A stretch of 64,000 nucleotides of DNA. Origin: Nitrospinaceae bacterium (lineage in GTDB: Bacteria > Nitrospinota > Nitrospinia > Nitrospinales > Nitrospinaceae). The notes beneath the pieces were generated by a model. That model was not told where the DNA came from, made no database searches, and saw only the letters and a list, made by a program, of their open reading frames with translations. The translations under genes were made by a program, and so were the position numbers. Every line of letters starts with the position of its first letter. Within the stretch, counting starts at the first letter, position 1. The stretch is taken from positions 224,001-288,000 of the forward strand of contig OZ250172.1 in NCBI GenBank assembly GCA_965237905.1. The letters run 5' to 3'. Shown here in pieces: positions 50,349-61,402 of this stretch.

Positions 50349-51662
50349 TCAACTCTTGTTTAGCGGCTTGTGTGTGAAGGATTTCCCATTTTTCCCCGAA
50401 TAATCCGCCACAATCTGGCCGTTGCCTACCAGCTTGTATTTGTAAATGACGAGCCCTTCCAACCCCACCGGTCCACGGGCATGGGTTTTATTGGTACTGA
50501 TGCCGATTTCCGCCCCCAGGCCGAACCGGAAGCCGTCCGCAAACCGGGTGGAGGCGTTCACCATCACGCTGGCCGAATCCACTTCGTTCAAAAACCGTTC
50601 GGCCCGCTCCTTATTTTCGGTAACGATGGTATCCGTGTGGCCAGAGCCGTGCGCATTGATATGGTCGATGGCTTCCGATAGATCATCGACAACTTTGATG
50701 GACAGTTTGAGATCATTGTATTCCGTATCCCAGTCGCTCTCTTCCACCCGTTTCAGGTCGGGAATCAGACTGCACGACTTCAGGCAGCCCACCAGCTCCA
50801 CCTCCTGCTCGCGGAATTGTTTCACAAGAGCGGGTAATACCTGCGGGGCGATGGCCTGATGCACCAGGAGCGTTTCCATCGCGTTACAGGCGGCGGCGTA
50901 CTGGAGCTTGGCGTCGAAGGCCACCCGAATGGCCTTTTCAACATCCGCCTCCTCATCAATATAGACGTGGCACAATCCTTCCGAATGTCCCAATACTGGA
51001 ATTTTGGTGTTGTCCTGAACATAGCGGACAAACTGATTGCTTCCGCGCGGGACAATAAGATTAATATACTGGTCCTGCTTCAGCATCTCGGCGACTTCCG
51101 CCCGGGTTTTGATCAATTGCACCGCCGCGACCGGCACGCCCTCCTCTTCGGACAAAGCTTTTTGAATGAGGTTCACAATCACCCGGTTGGAATTTTGCGC
51201 TTCGGCCCCTCCCTTCAGAATGACTGCGTTGCCCGATTTAAAGCATAGGGCGGAAATCTGGGGAACGGCATCGGGCCGGGATTCAAATATGGCGCCGATC
51301 ACTCCAATAGGACAGGAAACGCGGGTCAATTCCAATCCCTCGTCCAACTCCATCGCCTCCTGTTGTTGTCCCACGGGATCGGACAGTTCGGAGACACTGC
51401 GGATGCCCTGGGCCATTCCCAGGACTTTGGTTTCATCCACCGCCAGCCGGGCTACGAGCGGATCGGGGATCTTTTCTTTTTTGGCAAACTCCAAGTCCTG
51501 ACGGTTGGCCTCGAGAATCTCGTCGCAATGGTTTTCGATCTGTGTCGCCATTCCCTGCAACACCCGGTTTTTGGTTTCCGTATCCAACCGGGAAAGAACC
51601 AGGGCCGCAGTCTTGGCGTCTGAGGCTATTTCGGATAGGTTTTTTTCGGTCAGGTTAGTCAC
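50349..51662 (-). CDS. proA: Gamma-glutamyl phosphate reductase
   Basis: IFESRP, CNAMETLL, NASTRFADG..FGLGAEIGIST.K.HARGPVGL. Confidence 0.97.
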   Translation of the reverse strand: MTNLTEKNLSEIASDAKTAALVLSRLDTETKNRVLQGMATQIENHCDEILEANRQDLEFAKKEKIPDPLVARLAVDETKVLGMAQGIRSVSELSDPVGQQQEAMELDEGLELTRVSCPIGVIGAIFESRPDAVPQISALCFKSGNAVILKGGAEAQNSNRVIVNLIQKALSEEEGVPVAAVQLIKTRAEVAEMLKQDQYINLIVPRGSNQFVRYVQDNTKIPVLGHSEGLCHVYIDEEADVEKAIRVAFDAKLQYAAACNAMETLLVHQAIAPQVLPALVKQFREQEVELVGCLKSCSLIPDLKRVEESDWDTEYNDLKLSIKVVDDLSEAIDHINAHGSGHTDTIVTENKERAERFLNEVDSASVMVNASTRFADGFRFGLGAEIGISTNKTHARGPVGLEGLVIYKYKLVGNGQIVADYSGKNGKSFTHKPLNKS

Positions 51663-52623
51663 TGGCGGCTGAGGGATAAAGTGGATTTTTGATTTGTTTC
51701 AATTTCTTTTTGAGGGATGCCACCCCTTTTTCCCCGATCTCGTTTCCCCACATTCTAAGAAACTGAAGGCTGGCCAACACTTTGGAGCCGGCTAAATACA
51801 TGGCCCCCTGGGTGGTAATGCCGTTCCACTGCAAATCAAGCTCAACCAGGTTTTTAAAAACCGGAGACTCGGTCATGGAAAGCATCCCTTGGTCCCCCAA
51901 TTTGTTATTTTTGAGCAATAGGGTCTTGAGATTTGTCAGCGTCTTGGATTCGGCGATGCTCTGGATGCCATCCGGACCAATTTTGTTTTCCCCCAAATCT
52001 AAAATTTCAATATGCGTTAAATATTTGGATTGGCATAATATCTTAAGCCCCCTGTCGCTGATTCCGTTTTTCGCCAGTCTTAACTCTTTGACGCTGCCGA
52101 TAACTTCCGACTGAGCCAAAGCCTTGAGGCCCTCGTCCCCGATCTGGTTTCCAGTGAGATCCAACGAAACCAGTTTCATTACCGTTTTGGACTCGGCGAT
52201 GGCTTCGGCCCCCTTGGGTCCAATTTTGTTCCCGAACAAACTGATCGTGGATAATTTGGGATATGCCTTGGACCCGAACAGAGCTTTCACGCCATCGTCC
52301 TCAATCTGATTATTGAATAGATTGAGGACCTTCAGATTCTTTAAATATTTAGACTGGGCAAGCGCTTCGGCACCATCGTCACCGATATTGTGGGTATTCA
52401 GGTCAAGGGTTTCTACCTTTTCAAGAAGTTTCGATTCGGCCAATTGCTTGATACCTGCGTCATACAGCATTCCGCTGTGATTCAGCTTCAGATATTTGCC
52501 ATCCTTCTTCAGATCCTTAAGGACGAGCACATTGATATCCAGGGCAAAAGCAGTCCCAGCCAGAAGCAAAATCATCGCTCCCAGCCAGTTCATCCCTATT
52601 ATTTTTATCCGATTTTTTTTCAT
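51655..52623 (-). CDS. Exported leucine-rich-repeat protein (RNI-like)
   Basis: Signal peptide; repeats L..LDL..N.IG..G..ALA.S. Confidence 0.88.
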   Translation of the reverse strand: MKKNRIKIIGMNWLGAMILLLAGTAFALDINVLVLKDLKKDGKYLKLNHSGMLYDAGIKQLAESKLLEKVETLDLNTHNIGDDGAEALAQSKYLKNLKVLNLFNNQIEDDGVKALFGSKAYPKLSTISLFGNKIGPKGAEAIAESKTVMKLVSLDLTGNQIGDEGLKALAQSEVIGSVKELRLAKNGISDRGLKILCQSKYLTHIEILDLGENKIGPDGIQSIAESKTLTNLKTLLLKNNKLGDQGMLSMTESPVFKNLVELDLQWNGITTQGAMYLAGSKVLASLQFLRMWGNEIGEKGVASLKKKLKQIKNPLYPSAASD

Positions 52624-54770
52624 GGGAAATTATGCACCGTTATACGAACTTCCAAACCATCCTGCAACCAGCCGATATTGCTGTTTCCGGCAACCGTCGA
52701 AATGATCCCCTGAGGATCGATTTTCCGGATTCGGTTGTTATCCCGGTCTGAAAAGTAAAGATTCCCCTCTTTATCGAAAGCCATGCGGTAGGGGCTTTTC
52801 AATTGCGCCTGGATTGCAAGGCCGCCATCACCACCATAACCGGCAAAGCCTGTCCCCGCCACATGGATGATATTTCCTTCCTTATTTATTTTGCGGATGC
52901 GGTGACTGGTTTCTTCCGCGATATACAATTCTTCATCAGGGCTGAAGGTGAGTCCTCCCGGAGATCGAATTCCCGCCTGAATCGCCGGTCCGCCATCGCC
53001 GGAATCCCTGAATTCCCCCGTCCCGGCAAAAGTCGTCACATTCTCGTCCTGGTCAATTTTTCTGATTTTACTACTTCCCGAGTCGGAAATAAATATTTCT
53101 CCACTTTTATTAATGGCAATTCCATTGGGATGAATTTCTTCATCCACAATTTTCACCCAAGTGTCCGACGCCAGAGTGGACACAACCCCCTGAGTGTCCA
53201 CCTTACGGACTTTCCGGTTGGTCAGGTCCGCCAGGTAGACATTACCCTGACGATCCACCGCTATGTCCTGAATCACTCCAAACGATGCCTGGACCGCCGG
53301 ACCGCCGTCTCCTTTATCTCCCAACACCCCATTTCCGGCAAACCGGGTTATTCTGCCTTGAGGATCAATCTTTCGGACAAATTTGCTGCTTCCCTGCGGA
53401 GAAACGAAGTAAATATTGTCTTTTGGGCCCACGGCCATGGATCCCGGCAGGTAAAGAGAAGCCTCAGAAACCGGCCCGCCGTCCCCCTCATTGCCCTGAT
53501 GACCGGACCCTGCAAGGGTGTAAATAAAACCTTTGCGGTCGATGAAACGCAGACGGTTATTCATTTTATCGGAAAAAAGGACATTGCCTTTGCTGTCCAC
53601 CCCGATTCCAGAGGGAAATTCCAGGGTAGCGCCCGCCCCCGGTCCCCCGTCGCCCCGAAACCAGGAGTTTCCGTTACCCGCAAGGGTTGTAATGGAGTGG
53701 GATTTCAAATCCATACTTCTGACCCGGAAATGATTGCGGTCCACGATAATCAATTTCCCATCGGGACTCAACGCCAGCGCGAAGGGCAAATGAAGGGTCG
53801 TTTCAGAAGCAATTTCATTATCCCCGTTATATTCATACTTGCCGATTCCCATAACGGTAGTCATGATACCCAACGAATCCACCTTACGAATGCGGTTATT
53901 ATTCCGGTCCGCAATGTAGAGGTTGCCTCGGTCATCGACGACCACATCGGTGGGATAGGCCAGACTGGCCCGCGTGGCCGGACCGTAATCACCGGCGAAA
54001 AAATGGGTGCCGTCACCGGCAACAGTCGTGATGATCCCCTGGGTATCCACCTTGCGAATACGATTATTGCCCCGGTCGGCAATGTACAGATTACCCTTAT
54101 TATCCAGATCAATCCCAAACGGATATTTCAGAAAGGCATCCGTGGCCGGGCCAAAATCCCCGCCAAACTCGGGGAGTCCTAATCCAACTACCGTGGATAT
54201 CATCCCCTTGGAATTCACTTTTCGAATACGATTATTGGACCGGTCGGAAATATACAGATTGCCCTTGCCATCACACACCAAGTCGGATGGGTAATTCAAA
54301 TGGGCTTCCACGGCCGGGCCGCCATCGCCTCCCATATCGGGAGCACCCTTCCCGACCACGGTGGTCACGATCCCCGATGTGTCTATCCGGCGAATGCGAT
54401 GGTTATTACGGTCTGCCACATATAAATTCCCGGTTCGATCCAGACACAACCCTGCAGGAAAATTAAAAGAAGCTTTCAAAGCCGGGCCGTTATCTCCGCT
54501 GAACCCCGCCGTTCCATTACCCGCAATGGTGGTGATGATGCCGTCCTTACCCACCTTGCGTATCCGGTTCTTGGATCGATGCGATATAAATAAATTGCCC
54601 TCCGAGTCGACAGCTATCCCATCGACCAAGGTCAAAATCACCTCCATCGCTTTTTTACCGTCGCCGATGTCCTTGTAAGGATAAGGACCCGGATCCGCGC
54701 TTACGCCCGCCCCAGACAACAGTACGGCAAAGAACCAGGCGATTGGAACTATCTTTTTTATTATTTCCAT
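52620..54770 (-). CDS. Exported NHL-repeat beta-propeller protein
   Basis: Signal peptide; about 12 repeats of GNLYIADR.NNRIRKVD..GIITTVAG.G. Confidence 0.92.
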   Translation of the reverse strand: MEIIKKIVPIAWFFAVLLSGAGVSADPGPYPYKDIGDGKKAMEVILTLVDGIAVDSEGNLFISHRSKNRIRKVGKDGIITTIAGNGTAGFSGDNGPALKASFNFPAGLCLDRTGNLYVADRNNHRIRRIDTSGIVTTVVGKGAPDMGGDGGPAVEAHLNYPSDLVCDGKGNLYISDRSNNRIRKVNSKGMISTVVGLGLPEFGGDFGPATDAFLKYPFGIDLDNKGNLYIADRGNNRIRKVDTQGIITTVAGDGTHFFAGDYGPATRASLAYPTDVVVDDRGNLYIADRNNNRIRKVDSLGIMTTVMGIGKYEYNGDNEIASETTLHLPFALALSPDGKLIIVDRNHFRVRSMDLKSHSITTLAGNGNSWFRGDGGPGAGATLEFPSGIGVDSKGNVLFSDKMNNRLRFIDRKGFIYTLAGSGHQGNEGDGGPVSEASLYLPGSMAVGPKDNIYFVSPQGSSKFVRKIDPQGRITRFAGNGVLGDKGDGGPAVQASFGVIQDIAVDRQGNVYLADLTNRKVRKVDTQGVVSTLASDTWVKIVDEEIHPNGIAINKSGEIFISDSGSSKIRKIDQDENVTTFAGTGEFRDSGDGGPAIQAGIRSPGGLTFSPDEELYIAEETSHRIRKINKEGNIIHVAGTGFAGYGGDGGLAIQAQLKSPYRMAFDKEGNLYFSDRDNNRIRKIDPQGIISTVAGNSNIGWLQDGLEVRITVHNFP

Positions 54771-54822
54771 TAATCTATTACTTTTAAATATTTATATATA
54801 TTTTATTAAAGTAATACTTCAT

Positions 54823-55611
54823 CTATCGAATAACAATCTGAACCCGCTGATCCTTGTTATATTTGAACATGGCTTTCAGGGTTTTCTCGCCCAAAGTGTT
54901 CTGGATCATGTCCAGCAAAGCCAGTTTTGGAAAGTTCTTCGATTGGACCAACGCCACCGCGCCCTCATCGGTAATGGTATTTTGCCCGACATACAGCTGA
55001 GTGAGGTTGGGGAAGTTGGGCGATCCGGCCAGGCTCCTTGCCCCTTCATCCCCCATTTCGTTTCTGAACAGACTCAGGGTTTCCAATGCGGGAAATGCCT
55101 TGGATTGCGCCAGGTAACCGGCCGCCTCCGGAGTGATGAGGTTATCGTTCAGCAACAGGGTTCTCAGATGAACAAAATGATCCGATTCGGCCATCAGGGC
55201 GATACCGTCTTCGCCGATCTCATTCTTCCAGAGTTTTAACGTTTCCAGGTTTTTCAGGTAGGGCGATTCCACCAGAGCCTGCATACCCAGGTCTCCCAGG
55301 AAGTTTCCCCATAAGTCCAGATGCTTCAATTGGGCAAGATGAGGCGATTGAGCCAAAGCCTCCATCCCTTCCTTTTTGATCCGGTTGCCTTCCAGAAGCA
55401 GGGTGGTTACTCCCTTCAGGGCTTCCATCCCGGCTAATTGCTTGGCACCCGCAGTCCTGATTTTCATCCGGGTTAAATCAAGGATTTTCCCGTCTTTGCT
55501 CAACCGGCTTTGCACCAGGCTTTCCATATCCAGTGCCAAAGCGGGTGCGCTCGGTAGCCCAATGAAAACCCAACTCGATAGTACCAGTGATTTTATGAGG
55601 AATCGCAGCAT
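54823..55611 (-). CDS. Exported leucine-rich-repeat protein (paralogue)
   Basis: Signal peptide; same LRR consensus; start ATG 55611 preferred. Confidence 0.88.
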   Translation of the reverse strand: MLRFLIKSLVLSSWVFIGLPSAPALALDMESLVQSRLSKDGKILDLTRMKIRTAGAKQLAGMEALKGVTTLLLEGNRIKKEGMEALAQSPHLAQLKHLDLWGNFLGDLGMQALVESPYLKNLETLKLWKNEIGEDGIALMAESDHFVHLRTLLLNDNLITPEAAGYLAQSKAFPALETLSLFRNEMGDEGARSLAGSPNFPNLTQLYVGQNTITDEGAVALVQSKNFPKLALLDMIQNTLGEKTLKAMFKYNKDQRVQIVIR

Positions 55612-55671
55612 CCTGATTTCCTGTTCCTGCGAGGGGCCGACCGGAGACACGACCGGCGGATAAGAGTCGGG

Positions 55672-56355
55672 TTAGATTAACAAATATTTGAAGATCGTGT
55701 AGATAATTTTTGTGCCCGCTTTCAGGGTGCCGGAAACGGTTCCAGTGATCTTGGAAACACCGATCCGCATGCGGTAACGCACCGGAACCTCCCGGATGCG
55801 TAATCCCTTCTGCACCGCTTTGATCTGCATTTCCACCGTCCAGCCGAAATTCTTGTCCCGCATCCCGATGGCCTGCAACGATTCATAGCGAATCGCCCGA
55901 AACGGTCCGAGATCGGTGAATCGATGGCCAAAAAACAGCCGGATCAAAAATACCGCTAATTGATTACCGTAACGGGCCTGCGGCAGCAGGGCTTTTCGGC
56001 TCTCTTCGAGGATCATCCGGCTTCCCACAATGAAATCTGCTTCGCCTTTAAGAATCGGCTCCAATAGCAGATCAATTTCTTCGGGAAAGTCGCTGTAATC
56101 ACCGTCCAGAAATACGACGATATCGGGATGATCCAACGCATCCATCCCGGAAAGACAAGCCTGGCCATAACCCTGGCCCTTTTCATAGACCACTGTCGCC
56201 CCGTTTTCACGGGCCACCTCGGAGGTTCGGTCGGTGGAACGGTTGTCAACGACAATGACTTGGTGCAATCGGTCCCGGGGGAGATCGTTCAATACATGGG
56301 GAAGGGATTCTTCTTCGTTATAGGCGGGAATGATAACTGAAATTTTTGGGGACAT
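55672..56355 (-). CDS. Family 2 glycosyltransferase
   Basis: IIPAYNEE, VDN.STD.T, FLDGDYSD, TDLGPFRAI. Confidence 0.92.
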   Translation of the reverse strand: MSPKISVIIPAYNEEESLPHVLNDLPRDRLHQVIVVDNRSTDRTSEVARENGATVVYEKGQGYGQACLSGMDALDHPDIVVFLDGDYSDFPEEIDLLLEPILKGEADFIVGSRMILEESRKALLPQARYGNQLAVFLIRLFFGHRFTDLGPFRAIRYESLQAIGMRDKNFGWTVEMQIKAVQKGLRIREVPVRYRMRIGVSKITGTVSGTLKAGTKIIYTIFKYLLI

Positions 56356-56364
56356 GGACCGCCC

Positions 56365-57168
56365 CTATTTGCTGTCCTGGAGCGACTGCTTCACGCTGCG
56401 GACAAATACCTTGAGCTTTTCCTTCCGCTCGGCGGGGTCCGGACATTCCTCGATCATGCGGACAATAGCGCTTCCGACAATCACCCCATCGGAACATTCC
56501 GACACGGCTTTGGCCTGCTCCGGCCCGGAAATCCCAAACCCGATCAAAACCGGCAACGCAGTCGCCTGCTTGATCCGGGTCACTTTTTCCTCCACCCCTT
56601 TAGCCAGAGAGTCCCGCGTTCCAGTGACCCCGGTCAGGGAAACGTAATAAATGAACCCGCGGCTCTTCGCGCCCACCATTTTGATCCGATCCGGCGTGCT
56701 GGTGGGAGCCAACAGATAAATCACGTCCAAGGCTTGCGCCTGGGCCAATGCGTCAAACTCCCCTGCCTCTTCCGGCGGCAGGTCGGGGATGATCACCCCG
56801 TCGACCCCTGCCTCGACCGCATCCTTCACAAACGCTTCCTGTCCGTACACAAACACCGGATTGAAACTGGTCATCAGAACAATAGGCAATTGGGAAGACT
56901 TACGAATATCACGCACCAGCTGGATAATTTTCTTCAAGTTGGTGCCACCTTTGAGAGATCGCTGGGAAGCCGCCTGGATCACCGGTCCGTCCGCCAGCGG
57001 ATCAGAAAACGGTACGCCCAGTTCAATAATGTCGGCGCCACCTTCCTCGATCACCGAGAACAGTTCTTGAGTCGTGGCGAGATCGGGATCGCCGGCGGTG
57101 ACAAATGCCACCAGGGCTTTCTCGTTTTTGGATTGCAACCAGTCGAATCGTTTCTGGATGCGGCTCAC
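56365..57168 (-). CDS. trpA: Tryptophan synthase alpha
   Basis: [34 protein letters not shown]. Confidence 0.98.
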   Translation of the reverse strand: MSRIQKRFDWLQSKNEKALVAFVTAGDPDLATTQELFSVIEEGGADIIELGVPFSDPLADGPVIQAASQRSLKGGTNLKKIIQLVRDIRKSSQLPIVLMTSFNPVFVYGQEAFVKDAVEAGVDGVIIPDLPPEEAGEFDALAQAQALDVIYLLAPTSTPDRIKMVGAKSRGFIYYVSLTGVTGTRDSLAKGVEEKVTRIKQATALPVLIGFGISGPEQAKAVSECSDGVIVGSAIVRMIEECPDPAERKEKLKVFVRSVKQSLQDSK

Positions 57169-58364
57169 AACTCTTCTCCCAGAAAATCCGCCACCTGATT
57201 GACATCCTTGTCGCCCCGTCCGGACAGGCAGATGACGATGATCTCGCTCTTTTTCATTTTCGGTGCCACCTTCGCTACCTGAGCAATCGCGTGGGACGAT
57301 TCCAGCGCGGGAATGATGCCCTCGGTCCGCGACAATAATTTGAAACCTTCCAACGCTTCTTTATCGGTGATAGACGCATATTCCGCTCGCTTGCTGTCCT
57401 TGAAATGACTGTGCTCGGCTCCAACGCCGGGGTAATCCAGCCCGGCGGAGATGGAATGGGCTTCCGTAATCTGCCCGTCCGCATCGAACAGCAGATAACT
57501 TTTCATCCCGTGCAGGATGCCCACCGCCCCGTGCCCAAGCGACGCACCATGTTTGCCGGTCTCGATGCCATGTCCTGCCGCCTCAACCCCGATCATTTTG
57601 ACTTCTTTATCCTCCACGAAGGGGTAAAACAGACCCATGGAATTACTACCGCCGCCGACACAGGCCATCAGGGCGTCTGGCAGGCGTCCTTCCGCCTGCT
57701 GTATCTGTTCTTTCGTTTCGTCGCCGATGATTCTCTGGAAATCCCGCACGATCATGGGAAACGGATGCGGTCCCACGACCGAGCCGATGATGTAATGCGT
57801 ATCTTCCACCGTGGTGATCCAGTTACGGATGGCTTCGCTGGTGGCGTCCTTCAAGGTACGAGTACCGGAAGAAACCGGGATGACCCGTGCGCCGAGCAGT
57901 TTCATACGGAACACGTTGAGTGACTGACGGCGGATGTCTTCCTCACCCATAAAGACATCGCACTCCAGATCGAACAACGCCGCGGCTGTCGCCGTGGCGA
58001 CACCATGCTGACCGGCTCCGGTTTCGGCGATGACCCGCTTCTTGCCCATGCGTTGCGTCAGCAAGGCACTGCCGATGGTGTTGTTGATTTTATGCGCACC
58101 GGTGTGGTTCAAGTCCTCGCGCTTGAGATAGATTTTTGCGCCGCCCAACTTCCGCGTCAGGTTCTCGGCAAAATATAATGGAGATGGACGCCCGACATAA
58201 TGCTCCAGATAAAACTTGAGCTGTTTCTGGAATTCGGGATCGTTCCGCGCTTCGTTGTACAGCTTCTCCAATTCCTGAAGCGCGGGCATCAATGTTTCGA
58301 TGACGAACTTCCCGCCAAACTCTCCGAAATGGCCGTTTCGATCCGGCAATGTGGGTGTACTCAT
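57165..58364 (-). CDS. trpB: Tryptophan synthase beta
   Basis: [33 protein letters not shown]. Confidence 0.99.
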   Translation of the reverse strand: MSTPTLPDRNGHFGEFGGKFVIETLMPALQELEKLYNEARNDPEFQKQLKFYLEHYVGRPSPLYFAENLTRKLGGAKIYLKREDLNHTGAHKINNTIGSALLTQRMGKKRVIAETGAGQHGVATATAAALFDLECDVFMGEEDIRRQSLNVFRMKLLGARVIPVSSGTRTLKDATSEAIRNWITTVEDTHYIIGSVVGPHPFPMIVRDFQRIIGDETKEQIQQAEGRLPDALMACVGGGSNSMGLFYPFVEDKEVKMIGVEAAGHGIETGKHGASLGHGAVGILHGMKSYLLFDADGQITEAHSISAGLDYPGVGAEHSHFKDSKRAEYASITDKEALEGFKLLSRTEGIIPALESSHAIAQVAKVAPKMKKSEIIVICLSGRGDKDVNQVADFLGEEL

Positions 58365-58377
58365 AACATTCCCCTTC

Positions 58378-59007
58378 TTAACCTCTGCGCACTGCTTTTA
58401 AAAATGCTTTCACTTTTTTGGGATCCTTTTTGCCGGGGGACTGCTCGACCCCCGAGCTGACATCCACGCCGTACGGTTGCACTTTTCGTATGGCCGCTTT
58501 CACGTTACGCGGATTCAACCCTCCGGCAATGATCACCGAACCGTATTTTTTAGCGCGGGCGGCCAGTTCCCAATCGAACACCTTCCCCGTGCCGCCCCAT
58601 TGATCCTCTTTATAGGTATCGAGCAAAAACCCGTCTACTGCATACCGGGACATTTCTTTCAACGATGCGGCATCCTTCACTCGCACCGCTTTGATCACGC
58701 GACACTTGATCTTTTTACAAAACGCAGGCGACTCGTCGCCATGCAGTTGCACCGCATCCAATCCGCAACGATCCACAATACGATTGATCTTATCGGCCGT
58801 CTCATTTACAAACACGCCCACCCGGTGGACAAAGGGTGGAAGTTTAGAACAAATTTCCTTCGCGGTTTTGGCCGTCACATAACGCGGGCTTTTCTTATAG
58901 AAAATGAACCCGATCGCATCGGCACCATATTCCACAGCCAGAAGCGCGTCTTTCAGGCGGGTGGTGCCGCAGACCTTGACCTTAACCGGCGGGTTGGATT
59001 TTGCCAT
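58378..59007 (-). CDS. trpF: Phosphoribosylanthranilate isomerase
   Basis: KVCG, QLHGDE, GGTG..FDW, DVSSGVE. Confidence 0.97.
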   Translation of the reverse strand: MAKSNPPVKVKVCGTTRLKDALLAVEYGADAIGFIFYKKSPRYVTAKTAKEICSKLPPFVHRVGVFVNETADKINRIVDRCGLDAVQLHGDESPAFCKKIKCRVIKAVRVKDAASLKEMSRYAVDGFLLDTYKEDQWGGTGKVFDWELAARAKKYGSVIIAGGLNPRNVKAAIRKVQPYGVDVSSGVEQSPGKKDPKKVKAFLKAVRRG

Positions 59008-59794
59008 GTCCCGTAAACTCCTGAAGCTTATCGGAAATATTAGGCGCTTTCATCAGGCTTTCGCCGATGAGAAACGCGTGCATCCCCAGCCCTTCAAATT
59101 CCTCGATCTGCGCCCGCCTGTCAATCCCGCTTTCGCAGACGAGGAGCAGGTTATTCATACCTTTCGTTTCCTTGAGCAAGCGCCTTGAAATTTCCAGGTC
59201 GGTTTTGCCGCTGGTCAAATCCCGGTTATTGATCCCCAACAACTCGGCACCGGCATGAAACGCTTTCTCCATATCCTTCTCATCGTGCGCTTCCACGAGC
59301 GCCGTCAGGCCGATCTCTTTGCCCAACTCCAGAAGATCTTTCAACTGGTTCTTGTCCAGCGAAGTGGCGATCAGCAGAAAAAAATCGGCTCCGCAGGCCC
59401 GCGACTCATACACCTGGTATTCGTCAAAAATAAAATCCTTGCGCAACAGCGGAACCGATAAGGCCTTACTGGCCTGCTCGACGGTTTCCAGTTGGCCGCC
59501 AAAAAAACGGCTCTCGGTCAGAATGGAAATCGCCACAGCACCGCTATCCGCATAGGTCCGGGCGATTGACAGGGGATCGAACTGCTCCACCAGATCGCCC
59601 TTGAACGGCGTGCGCCGCTTGATCTCCGCGATAATTTTAGATCCTTCTCCGGAAACTTTCAACGCGTCCATAATGGGAATCACATCCCGCTGGTCGCCCA
59701 TTTTGGTTTTGACCTCGGCTAACGGAACCTCGCGCTGGGTGGTTCCCAGCTCCACCTTTTTGGCGGCGAATATTTTATCCAGAATATTAGCCAT
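58982..59794 (-). CDS. trpC: Indole-3-glycerol phosphate synthase
   Basis: IAEIKR, LRKDFI, GINNRDL, ESGI, LIGESLM. Confidence 0.97.
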   Translation of the reverse strand: MANILDKIFAAKKVELGTTQREVPLAEVKTKMGDQRDVIPIMDALKVSGEGSKIIAEIKRRTPFKGDLVEQFDPLSIARTYADSGAVAISILTESRFFGGQLETVEQASKALSVPLLRKDFIFDEYQVYESRACGADFFLLIATSLDKNQLKDLLELGKEIGLTALVEAHDEKDMEKAFHAGAELLGINNRDLTSGKTDLEISRRLLKETKGMNNLLLVCESGIDRRAQIEEFEGLGMHAFLIGESLMKAPNISDKLQEFTGHGKIQPAG

Positions 59795-59805
59795 ACTCCC
59801 CTGCC

Positions 59806-60819
59806 CTATGAATGACTGAGGCGGCACAGGTCTTTCAACTTCTGCCGCGCTTCGCCGGAGCTTATGGATTTTTGAGCCACTGCCATCCCTTCTTTGAAAT
59901 CGGAGGCTTTGCCTGCCGCGACAATCGCCGCCGACGCGTTCAACAAAACGATATCGCGTTGGGGTCCGCCTTTTCCGTCCAGTAGTTCACGCAGGATGGT
60001 CGCATTGTCTTCCGCCGAGCCGCCCTTCAAATCCTGTTCCGAACAATACTCGAGTCCCAACTCCGTTGGATCTAGATAATAGTCTTTTATTTTTCCATCA
60101 TTTAACTCAGATATCTTAGTATTACACGTTAAGGTAATTTCATCGAGGCCGTCCTCGCCGTGCACTACAAATGCGTGAACGACACCGAGATTCTTAAGGA
60201 CGCTGGCCAGGGGCGACGTCCATTTGGAATCGAACACTCCCACCACCTGCGCCTGAACTCTGGCGGGATTGGTCAGCGGTCCCAGCAGATTAAAAACGGT
60301 TCTGAAGCCCAATTCCCGGCGGACATCTGCCGCGTGTTTCATGGCTTTATGCAGAGTCGGTGCGAACAGAAATCCGATGCCCGCCATTTCGACGCATCGT
60401 TCCACTACCGTTTTGTCCGCTTCGATATTGACCCCGAGGGACTTCAGTACATCGGCGCTTCCCGACCGGCTGGAGACCGCCCGGTTGCCATGCTTGGCCA
60501 CGGGAATCCCCGCCCCCGCCACCACAAACGCGGCGGTGGTGGAAATATTAAACGTATCGGCGCCATCGCCGCCGGTGCCGCAGGTATCGACGACTCCCTT
60601 GACGGGAATGTTCAACGGTTCCGCTTTTTCGCGCATGACCTGGGCCGCGCCGGAGATTTCCGCCACCGTCTCGCCTTTCATGCGGAGCGCGGTGAGAAAC
60701 GCACCCAGTAACGAACGGTCCACCTTGCCCTCCATGATCTGGGTCATGATGGACACCATTTCCTCTTCCGACAGGTCGTTGCCGTCGACCACCTTATGCA
60801 GGATGTCCTGAGCCTTCAT
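59806..60819 (-). CDS. trpD: Anthranilate phosphoribosyltransferase
   Basis: [30 protein letters not shown]. Confidence 0.98.
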   Translation of the reverse strand: MKAQDILHKVVDGNDLSEEEMVSIMTQIMEGKVDRSLLGAFLTALRMKGETVAEISGAAQVMREKAEPLNIPVKGVVDTCGTGGDGADTFNISTTAAFVVAGAGIPVAKHGNRAVSSRSGSADVLKSLGVNIEADKTVVERCVEMAGIGFLFAPTLHKAMKHAADVRRELGFRTVFNLLGPLTNPARVQAQVVGVFDSKWTSPLASVLKNLGVVHAFVVHGEDGLDEITLTCNTKISELNDGKIKDYYLDPTELGLEYCSEQDLKGGSAEDNATILRELLDGKGGPQRDIVLLNASAAIVAAGKASDFKEGMAVAQKSISSGEARQKLKDLCRLSHS

Positions 60820-61402
60820 GTTCTTTTACCTTTTCAGCCGGAAGATCAATAAAGTTTTTGAGGAGATCCTTGCCATGAATCGTCAAAATCGATTCGGGAT
60901 GAAACTGCACGCCTTCGACTGCCAGCTCTTTATGGCGGACACCCATGATTTCCTTGTCATCCGATTCGGCGGTGATTTCAAAACAGTCCGGAAGATTGGC
61001 ACGGTTGACCACCAGAGAATGGTACCGGGTCGCTTCAAACGGATTGGGCAGACCCTTGAAAATGGTTTTGCCGTCATGTTGAATCATCGAAGTTTTGCCG
61101 TGCATGAGTTTCCCGGCTTTTATGATTTCGCCGCCAAAGGCCTCTACCACCGACTGATGCCCCAGGCACACACCCAGGAGAGGAATCCTGCCGGCAAAGT
61201 GTTTGATCACTTCCTTGGAGATGCCTGCTTTGGAAGGGGTGCAGGGACCGGGAGAAATCACGATTTTTTGGGGAGCCCGTTTTTCAATTTCATCAATGGA
61301 AATCTGATCGTTGCGGTACACCTCCAGTTCCGCCCCCAACTCGCCCATGTATTGAACGAGGTTGTAGGTGAAGGAATCGTAATTATCGATCATCAGGATC
61401 AT
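60794..61402 (-). CDS. trpG: Anthranilate synthase component II
   Basis: [26 protein letters not shown]. Confidence 0.97.
   Translation of the reverse strand: MILMIDNYDSFTYNLVQYMGELGAELEVYRNDQISIDEIEKRAPQKIVISPGPCTPSKAGISKEVIKHFAGRIPLLGVCLGHQSVVEAFGGEIIKAGKLMHGKTSMIQHDGKTIFKGLPNPFEATRYHSLVVNRANLPDCFEITAESDDKEIMGVRHKELAVEGVQFHPESILTIHGKDLLKNFIDLPAEKVKEHEGSGHPA

Noticed and set aside
52803..54182. 459-aa plus-strand ORF
   Set aside because: Antisense shadow of the NHL-repeat gene
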